Below the pieces are notes generated by a model that was given only the letters and a program-made list of their open reading frames with translations, was not told the origin of the DNA and did not search any database. Below are positions 55,030-64,000 of a stretch of DNA of 64,000 nucleotides, piece after piece. Every line of letters starts with the position of its first letter. The stretch's first letter is position 1. The stretch comes from Sarea resinae (Eukaryota). The translations under genes were made by a program, and so were the position numbers. The DNA is taken from positions 1-64,000 of the forward strand of contig JAPEUD010000088.1 of NCBI GenBank assembly GCA_026026165.1, read 5' to 3'.

Positions 55030-55565
55030 GATGCTTACCAAGAAAGCGTTAGTAAAGAGCAGCTCGCACAGTTGATAGGATCGTGATAATACCGGAGTGG
55101 AGTGTCTGAGATGGTCTCTACTGAAGCTTTCCAGTGCTCCGAGTGCCGTTGATGGAGGTCTCGGCGATGGTGGTGGAGACTCAGCGAGCGTGTAAAGCGG
55201 CAGCGCCACTTGACCATGATAGGCAATGTTCGCTGCGGTACGTACCGAAATCATAATACTCCGGAGTACTAGCAGCTACTGCGCAGTATCTACTAATATA
55301 TCGAATATGGGATACTCTACACCACTCACAGGATCCTATGCTGAAAAGGGCTTGAGCATTTCAGGATTCACGCTGTTATGATACTGATTCGTTTGGATTC
55401 TGCTGATCGTAGTTCGATTGAGGCACCAAAAATTAAAGTCAAAATATATCCGCACATTGACCGCTGAGCAGTCTTCCAAGGCGACCATACGCCTGTTTGA
55501 CTGATACAGGATAACATCCAACATGCTTCGCTTTCAAGGTACGATCAGTTCCGAGTTGTCCTTGC

Positions 55566-56701
55566 TCAGGCCTTGGCAGCCTCCTCTGCGGCATCCTTGG
55601 AGTCAATTTTCTCTGCAGTGTCGGCGACGTCGGCTGCAACACTTGCTTTCGCCTCATCATCGACTTGGGACTCCGACTTGGCGGGTTCCAAAGGTGCGGC
55701 TTCCGCATCTTCTTCCTTTTCACCCTCGGATTTCTTCTGAAGCTCGTCGCTTGCAAGAATGTTGCTGGGGTCCTCTCCCTTCTGGCTGACCAACTTTCGA
55801 ACTACGTCAACCGTGGCAGCTGGTCCGCCGGGCTCGGATGCGAGGACCTTCCCCTGCTTATTCACGACAAAAACTCCGCGCTGCGTACCCTTGGGCGCCT
55901 TCTTATATCCAATTGCATCTATCAGAGTCCCCTTGTGGTCTGAAAGTAGCACGAAAGGGAGCCTCTGCTTTGATTTGAAGGTAGTGTTGGCCTTGCAACT
56001 GTCGGTTGACAGCCCGCAGATCAAGAGACCGGTAGATGTCAATACCGAGTGATTATCTCGAAATAGAGATGCCTGATTCGTGCCTTTGATTCGTTAGATT
56101 TTGTCCAAGGAATGAGAGGGCCTAGCCCAGAGTTATCTTTATAGGTAGGCAGGTATCTGGGGGTATGCGGACGTTGGCGCTCCTGAGATATGATGGTAGG
56201 GAAATATAAGGCATACAGTGGAGCTTATATCCTGCCTATAACATGTTTCGGGAAATGAAGTCTCTTCTCTGATATTTCTGAGGTGGGGGGGGGGGGGGGG
56301 GGAGGGGGGGGGGGATATGACGCGCAGAGCAACTCGTAACGCGAAGACTATGCAAGCAAACAAGGAATGGGGCGCCTACAGCCAGGAGTCGAAGCCTTGG
56401 GATAGGTGAAAAGCACCACTCCCTCTTCGCTCTCGTCAATGAGTTGCTTCAAAGTGATCTTGTCGCCGGCACTCGTCTCGATGACCCCTCCAAATCCCTC
56501 CAAATCGATGATGTCGCCCACCGCGGGCTTGGCTTTACGTGCGCCATTGGTGGTCGATGTATCCTTCGGGTTCTTATTTCCCGTGATTGCTGCTCTCATC
56601 TTGGCCGCAGCAGATTTGAATGAGTTGCTGTCGCCATTCTTCTTGGCTGGCGGTGCCGGGGCCGACTGGGACGCTTTGCGCTTGCGAAGTTCCACAGGCA
56701 T
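55566..56701 (-). CDS. DOT5: Peroxiredoxin Q/BCP (Dot5-like)
   Basis: VVLFTYPKASTPGCTNQASLFRD (PxxxTxxC), GLSTDS, LLSD and RGVFVV motifs; basic NLS-like N-terminus; 296-nt intron 56379-56084 splits the peroxidatic Cys codon. Confidence 0.85.
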
Positions 56702-59156
56702 AGTGGCGTAATTTACGTGAAGTTCAAATGGGAGAAGGAGATGAATGAGAATCGATACAGAATGATACAGAGGCAAGCAATCGAGGGTCTAAGAGGGAGA
56801 GAGGGCGGAGGGACAGAAGTAAGAGCGTGTCAGATCTCACGAATGGGGTTGCGCCTGAAAGGTGAGGGTGGATGTTGTGATATAAAGCGAAGAGTGGGCG
56901 CCAGGGAGCAGCAGACGGGTCTTTTGTGTCGCAAAGGGTCAGCACGTGGGACTGAGCAAGGTGGACAGGGCACACACCTTGACCGTGTTGGTGGGCTGGT
57001 GAGATGATATATTGTCAAGGGGCTCTTCCTTCAGGTTCGGCTTGGGGAAGGGGATGGATGCGATTGCAAACATAATCCTCACTTGAGTGGCAGACAAGCT
57101 ACTCCTCCAACAGCTACAGCTACGCACCTTAGTTTACGTTTGAAGCTTCGGCCGGCAAGTTCAGTATTATGAGACGCAGCCAATTTCTTGAGCACCTTGG
57201 TTGTCTTCCGATATTGCTTTCTTTTTCCATTCCTGTACATGCAGTAAAGTACAACGGTCGAACCCCTCAGATCTTCCCAACTCTTCTCCTCCCTCCTTCT
57301 TGCCTCTCCTCCCATACTCCGTATTCCCTTTCTTTCCAGCTGTGCCCGTGCTACGTACCTCGAATGACGATGGATGGCGTTCCCCCTTGTCGAGCGGTTG
57401 GTCACCGAAGCGAGCAGTGGTAGCGCGAATGCAGCACCGACCACCGACGCTTCCCCGATCCTTTGGATCATTGATGGAGAAGGACTCCAGCTCTTAGCGA
57501 ACGCTACCGGCACGCACAAGCGATATATCCATTTGATGTGATTGAGCAATTTCTCCTCTAAGGACTACACTACTTGGTACTGCGACGCTGCTGTCGATCA
57601 TGCATGGAATCAGGGTCTTCGTCCACTGGTGTCTTTCTCGTTCACCCTCAGCTTGAGATCATCCGCGTCGGAGATGCATCGCTTGCTTCGTATCGAATCT
57701 TCGGCTCCGGCTCGTTTCCAACTTTTGCTTGTCCTAGTACCCTGTACTGTCGGGATCTGGTCAAATGCTCTGCACCGGGATTGATTGTGATGCGGAAGGT
57801 ATTCTACTGACGGGGAGACTTCCATTGGACAAACCCTACATACAAGGACGTAACTCGACTCCAGAGCAACACAGGGTCTTGGGCACTCCTTCCGCAGTCG
57901 AATTCGACGGCATCCGGGGTCTCTGGGCCTCGATGTTTGGTCCACCGATCAGACGAATCAGGAAGGGTTGTGAAGTCCAAGTACATCCGTGGATGGCTTG
58001 GCCGAGTGAATCTAGAAGTGTCTACTCCGGAGTACCTTATGAAGTCCTTCACTCTACTATGTAGTACTCGTAGGGGAGCAGAGGTGGCGAATCTCTCAAT
58101 ACACTAGGTACCTCATTAGCGGTCCGATGGAAGAGAAGGAACCGCCTGGCAACACTTGTAATAGTACCTACTTCATACCGCAGTACTGTCTCCATGCGAA
58201 GTGCGGAGACACACAGGACGGAGTACCTTGTACGCGCTGGAGCATCATGGGTTGCAGCATCTCGGGCTAAGGCCGTCCACGGCTGCTCTTTCTTCATCTT
58301 CCCTCGTTATTGTTGTGATACAACTCCTGGCCTCCTGTCATGACCATCTTATCCACAAGCCCAATGATGAGCATCAACAACTTGGAAGGCTCTAGAGTCC
58401 TTCGTACCTGCCTACCTCCGTCTACCATCGCTACCTATTGTTTTGGTATCCGTGACGGTTGATCTCGTGCCTGCATCTTGACTTTTCTTCTCCCCTCTTT
58501 CAGAGAGGGCTGGGCTTGTAGCTTCACACCCAAATTCGTCGAGAAGGTACCAACCGAAGTCTCGAGTGCTGTGTACCGACCGACGGATCAACTCGGGAAA
58601 GACCGTGCCGTCATGCCCGATGCGGACACGGTCCCTGAAGTTCTCGCCCGCCCATCCAATCGGACGTGCAGTCAATCTCTGCCACTGTGGTGCATTTCGC
58701 CCTTCATCCATCCATCCCCGTCATCTCCAGCACAACGGATAGCGGAAAGGGACGACGACGCCAAAAGTCCGAACTAGCCGGCATCTGCCCTTTCGCCCTT
58801 GGCCATTTGCCATCTAGGCCGATTCGGAGTCGAGCATTCGAGACTCATAAAAGTCGGAGGCACCCCGGACACCCACGACTTCTGTTTTTCCTTCTTTGAC
58901 GCCTTTCAACTTTGTTTTCCCTTCACGTCCCACGTCGACTTCCAAGATCTTCGTTGCCGAGACTCTTCAAACATTCAGTCCCCTAAGTGGACTATTCACG
59001 CCCGCGAAGCTCTTTCATCGCGGCCCCGAGAGTCCTGGCGAAAAGTTGGTTGGCCGCACGCGACACCGAACAACACCTCGGTCTCTTCTGTTCCATCTTC
59101 CGTCTCTTTAGAATCACCATCTCTTCTCTCATCCAACTCCACCAAGCATATTCAAG

Positions 59157-59795
59157 ATGAAGGTCTTCGAGTCAAAGTGCACCTTCGACTACTCTTGGAA
59201 TGAAGTCTCGACCGCCAACTGGAGGAAATACTGCCCATGGAACGACAAGTCGACGCACGTGATAGCTGTGGACACGCTCTCGAGGACCGTTGATCCGTCA
59301 ACTGGCATCGTAAGCTTACCCTCACGCCTCTGTACGATTGCTCGTCTCTAATCTGCGCTCTGTCAGCTTCGTACCGAGCGCCTCATTACGTGCAAGCAAG
59401 CAGCTCCTCGCTGGCTCAACAGCCTCATGGGCAGCAAGGACACATCCCACGTGCTCGAGACATCCTACGTCGACCCAGCGTCCAAAAAGGTCACCATGTG
59501 CTCGACAAATCTCACGTGGTCGAACCTCCTCTCGGTCTCCGAGAAAGTCGTCTACACGCCCATGGCCTCGTCTCCCGAATCAAAGACGGAATTCCACCAA
59601 GAAGCCCAGATCGCGGCTCTTTGTGGTGGCTGGCAAAAGGTCAAGAATAGCATCGAGGACTTCACCGTCGAGCGATTCGGACAGAACGCCGCCAAGGGCC
59701 GGGAGGGATTCGAGGCTGTGTTGGAGATGAGCCGGCGCGTCTTTGGAGAGCAGCGCGAACTGCAGCAGCAAGGACAATCGCGGACGATGGCTTGA
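59157..59795 (+). CDS. UPS2: PRELI/MSF1 mitochondrial intermembrane-space lipid transfer protein (Ups2-like)
   Basis: MKVF...FDYSWNEVSTANWRKYCPWN, HVIAVDTLSR, |LRTERLITC and RFGQNAAKGREGFE; intron ~59309-59366. Confidence 0.9.
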
Positions 59796-61137
59796 AGCAC
59801 ATCTTCCTTATCGCCTTCTTGAGCCTCGGGCTCACTACTTCTACGATTCCTACGTCCGTCACGTCACGTCACGCACCTACCACCATCTCCTCCACCTTCC
59901 TCCTATCATCCTAGAGTCCTTCGATCCTCCTTCGATCCTCCCTATGATTCCTGCTCCGCGACATTAGCGTTTCCTCTCAGTTTTTTCCTATACATCTCCT
60001 TCCGTCGGGCATGGCACAGCATTCTAGAGACGGAGTTGCATCATCATTTCCAGCGTTCCGATCATATCTCCCACGGGAGGTTTCCCAAAAGTTCGATCGG
60101 GGTTTGGCGGCATCTTCCAAAAACATGGCGCTTTTCCCGAGTTGGATTGGTGGTTTTTTCCTTTTCGATTCGATTACCTCTTTTTTTTTTCACGTGCATG
60201 AGCGTAGATGCATCTCAATTGTTTTTTTGCTCTAGAACATTAGACCATTATAGAGAATCAGACCTGAGCTGTTGTTCACCTCATCATCCGGCCTTTTCTT
60301 TCCACTCGTATCTTTGATTTGCCCTCTGCTTGATAATTCACATGTGATTGCATAGATCCCAAAGCACGCATGTTCGTAGTCCGTGAGTATGGACGGGCCC
60401 TAAAAAGAGCTCTGCAACACCACAATATCAGGGGCCCAAGAATGTTCCCGGTCTTTGTTCGGGATAGGATAGTGCGGTATGAATGAATGATGACCTACCT
60501 AGGTATACCTTCGGTACTCAGGGGATGAAAAGGGAAGTCTGCAAAGGAGAGGAAATCGAGATTTTGAGGATATGGAAAGGGTGGGTAGGTATGGTATAGT
60601 ACGGTAACTAATGTCAAACCGTTTCAACTAGGCGGGAGAGAGAGTGGGGAGGAGGGGAAATCTGTTTCCATGAATTGAATCTCCGCCCGGCATTAGATCC
60701 TCTTCTCTTCTCTTCTCTTCTCCTCTTGAGCAGGGCAGTTGGCTAGTTGATCGATTGGCAGGTGGATGGTGCATGGATCGGGGCTGGTGGGTGGTTGAAT
60801 CGCCCTTTTTTTTTGGTTGTTTGCTTAGTTGATTCATTCATTCACTCATATCATTTACTGTGTTGCGTGCATCGGTGCGCAACCTACCTATGCTTACCTT
60901 GACGCATCTGATAGATCGGATGGATGAGGACGAGGATGAGGAGAAGGATGGGGATGAGCATGAGGATGAGCATGAGCATGGGACGACGAGGCTGGGTATC
61001 CATTAGGATAAGATGATATCTATCCATCTATCTATAGCACCATGTAGGGGATGAAGGCAGCGCAAGCGGTGTACTTATGTAAATAGATATAGATATGTGG
61101 TATAGATATGAAAAGATGAACGGATAAATGCGCGGAT

Positions 61138-61138
61138 A

Positions 61139-61190
<52 letters not shown>
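61138..61190. repeat. (GAT)n microsatellite, ~17 units
   Basis: Seen directly in sequence. Confidence 0.96.
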
Positions 61191-61194
<4 letters not shown>

Positions 61195-61492
61195 GCAGGT
61201 AGGTATATGGATGGAACAAAGGGCTGGCTGGTTGGGAAGATGGAGGAATGGACAGACGGATAGAGATGGATGAAACAAAAAGTGCTCCCGACGCCACGCT
61301 AAACCAATCTTCCACATACGACAAACGCTCGCCGATACCGTTGGGGTCGCCCGCGCTAGACACAACGGTAAACAAGCAAACAACTCCTCCTCCTCCTCCT
61401 CCTCCTCCGCCTACCCCTCCTACCCCCACCCAACAACGCGAACGAACACGACCCAAAGAGTCAGCAAGGAAAAGAAGAACAAAAAGGATCCA

Positions 61493-63324
61493 TCACATCA
61501 GCCCGCCAAAGGCCACCCTCCCGATACCGGCCAGCTCAACCTTGGCCCCTCCACGGCTCTGGTCCTCAAACTCCCGCACGGCGCCAGCAACGAGTAATTT
61601 CCTGACCCGCGCATCGGCCTTGGTGAACATCTCGCTGACTCCGGGCCCACACGCGTCGGGGGACGCGACCAGGGTCATCATCTTGGTGTAGCAGTCGATC
61701 AGCACGTCGCACAGCGTGGCAAACGTCTCGTAGTAGTCTGGGTCGAACGGTAGAGAGGGCGTGACGAGGTAGGTATATTCTTCGCCGGGGAGGAGCTCGG
61801 CCGTCTCTGACGGCGGGAAGGAGAATGCCGAGGCCGAGGTGGAACCCGTAGAGGAGGCGGCCGAGGGAGCAATCAGTCCCGATCCGCCCGTCATAGTTGA
61901 CGCAGCGAGGGAAGCGGTCGAGGAGTTGTGGGAGGCGGCTGTGGAGGAGTTGGAAGGATCGAGAGCGGATGCCGCCATCGGCAGACCGATTTCGTTGGCG
62001 GCCGAGCTGGATCGTCGGCCTTTGGTGCTGGCGGCGTGGGTCGCGCGCTTGAACATGTGGGGAATGCGGGCGCGGGCCAGCGACGTAGCGGTGCTGCCGT
62101 CGGCAGGGTGGATTTGCTGGTAGGTTTCGAATTCTACGAGGAGGGCGTTGAGGGCGCGGAGGAACTCGAGGGGCGTCGTCGAGTTGAGGTCGATGATTGT
62201 TGGTAAAGAGAGACCGAGTAATAGGTAGTTCGTTGCGCGCCGTGGCAGCTTCTTGGAGTCGAAGTAGGGCATGCGTGTCAGGTCGTGTTTGCTGAAGAGG
62301 AGGGTATTGAACCAATAGATGTGGCCTTCGTGACTGCCAGAGAGAAGACGTAATTAGTCATGGACTGCTTGCGGTAGAATTTTATCTTTGATGTAAGGAC
62401 ATACGCTTTTCGGAGGTAGTCTAACGTAGATATCCGTTTCGATGCCATCTCTTGTATGTGCTGGTAGACAAGATTGAGGTTCTCTCCACCACTCGTGGGC
62501 GCCGAAGGCACCACCGGCGCTGCTGCTCCCAGACCCGCCGAGTTGCCCTGCCCGAAGCTCGCATTGGAGTATCCCGTGCCTGGCGGTCTTGGCGGGTCCG
62601 AGTCCTTTCTCGCGGTGTAATTGAAGGGTGCGACTATCATGGCGAAAGCAGTCGACGCTCTTCGAGGCCCAGCCGCCGATATGGGGCCCGCCTCTTCTTC
62701 TGCTGCTGCTGCTCCTGCTGCTGCTGTCGCGGCTGCGACGGTCGAGTCCGGCGCAAATCTCCTGAACGGATCGGCAGAGTAAAGGGGGCTCAGCGAGCTC
62801 TTTCGCGAGCTGGCAGAGGCGGATTGCGGCGAGCGCTTGAGGTGTGAGGACGTCGAGCTGGCGGGTGTCGATTTCTCCGGAGAGTTGGACGTTGTCGAAT
62901 TGGGCGCGAGAGCATCGATGGTGCGTGCCGTCTGCTGGGAGGATGATCTCGAGGGGGGGTACGAAGAGTGATCTTGGGTGCAGAAGTCTGGGCCTAGTGT
63001 GGTGCTCGGGGCGAAGATCGTCGACCAGGGGGGGTCCCGAGGGTGTTCGGGCTGAGATGCGAAATTGTAGGAATTAGATGAGGATGCTGCTGGCTCGAAG
63101 AGGGAAGAGGCGGCACCAAGGGTCGTGATGTCGGCTCGGGTGTCCGAGAAGAGGCCGGCAAGAGCGAGCAGATGATCCGCGGCTGCGGTTGCTGTTGCGG
63201 TTGCGGTTGCGGTTGAAGCCGACGGGGAAGCTGAAGTCGAAGTCGAAGTCGAAGTCGAAGTCGAAGTCGCTCTCGACGAAGACGACGACGACAACGGCAA
63301 ACGAGGAGATGAGTTGTGCAACAT
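61493..63324 (-). CDS. Hypothetical protein with a low-complexity N-terminus and an ordered C-terminal domain
   Basis: KRISTLDYLRKA|HEGHIYWFNT...NYLLLGLSL...YLVTPSLPFDPDYYETFATLCDVLIDCY; intron ~62404-62338; strong GC3 bias; start uncertain. Confidence 0.78.
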
Positions 63325-64000
63325 GTTCGATTATGTATTCATAAATCAACAGTGATCGATGAGGGGAGTAAACGATTGTGGTTAGGATATCACGGATCCG
63401 GTGGCATCACTAGACTTGTTTCCGTACTAGGCTCAGGGTCCCGGGAAGAAAGTGGAAGGAGGAAAGAAGGATGAGACAGGGACCGGATAAAGGGGCGACG
63501 GGCGGAGGGCGATGGGGGAGGCATAGCGCGGAACCCAAAAGCCAATTGGCCTCTTGCCTAGCAGGCATGGGAAACTCGTAATTATCGCTCTCTCTGATTG
63601 GCTACGGATGGCATTTCATTACTATCTGTCGTCTCGTTCAGCGACGGACGAGTCTCGGCGGAGCATTTGATACGTACGAGGAGAGGAGAGGGGAGGAGAG
63701 GGGAGTAGAAGGCGGGACAGGAGAGCAGAGCAAAGGAGAAAACAGGCCGGAGGAACTGAATTGAGAGGAGAGAGTAGAGTACTACTTCAGTATGTAGAGG
63801 AATAAGTGAATTCCGCCGACTGCCCCACCCCCCACCACTCTCCGCCAGATCACCGCCCAACAGTGAAGATCACTCCCCACCAACTGGCAATTACACGTGC
63901 CGAAGCAGGAACAGAACCCGACCATCTGTACGATACACGAATAGTCAAATGAGTTCATGATTCAATGACGATCACGCCCGATCGATACAATACAATCTCG

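Noticed and set aside
56800..59100. Short overlapping ORFs between PrxQ and UPS2
   Set aside because: No coding signal; consistent with a divergent promoter and long leaders.
15414..59795. Several mitochondrial genes (QCR7, NAD carrier, ABC1 kinase, GRX5, complex I subunit, UPS2) as a functional cluster
   Set aside because: They are interspersed with unrelated genes, and the density is plausible by chance.
61566..62847. Alternative-frame and antisense ORFs over the last gene
   Set aside because: Explained by the GC-rich codon usage of the real CDS.

Overview
Intron-rich nuclear DNA from a filamentous ascomycete (Pezizomycotina, probably Eurotiomycetes; inferred from gene families and GT-CTRAY-AG introns). 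The window opens with about 730 bp of AT-rich, CpG-free, TpA-rich sequence typical of a RIP-mutated repeat. About 25 mostly housekeeping genes follow: SPF45-like, ANP1-family, a bHLH factor, ECM33, MAG1, QCR7, an NAD carrier, an ABC1 kinase, SepH, a YFH7-like kinase, PPCDC, eIF2B-beta, NEM1, BCAT, GRX5, DUF1761-like, an SRPK-like kinase, a Zip3/RNF212-like RING protein, a complex I 21.3-kDa subunit, PrxQ, UPS2 and several hypothetical proteins. I found no tRNA, rRNA, CRISPR array or intact transposon, and no clear-cut new multigene system. The best leads are: a head-to-head pair of an orphan pantothenate-kinase-fold kinase and PPCDC; a recurring 12-bp palindrome TACTCCGGAGTA within GTAC-dense promoter tracts; a GC-AG intron in SPF45; a PrxQ lacking its resolving Cys; an out-of-phase splice junction in the SRPK-like kinase; and GC3/microsatellite islands. 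Gene models were spliced by eye and family calls rest on recalled motifs, not database searches.
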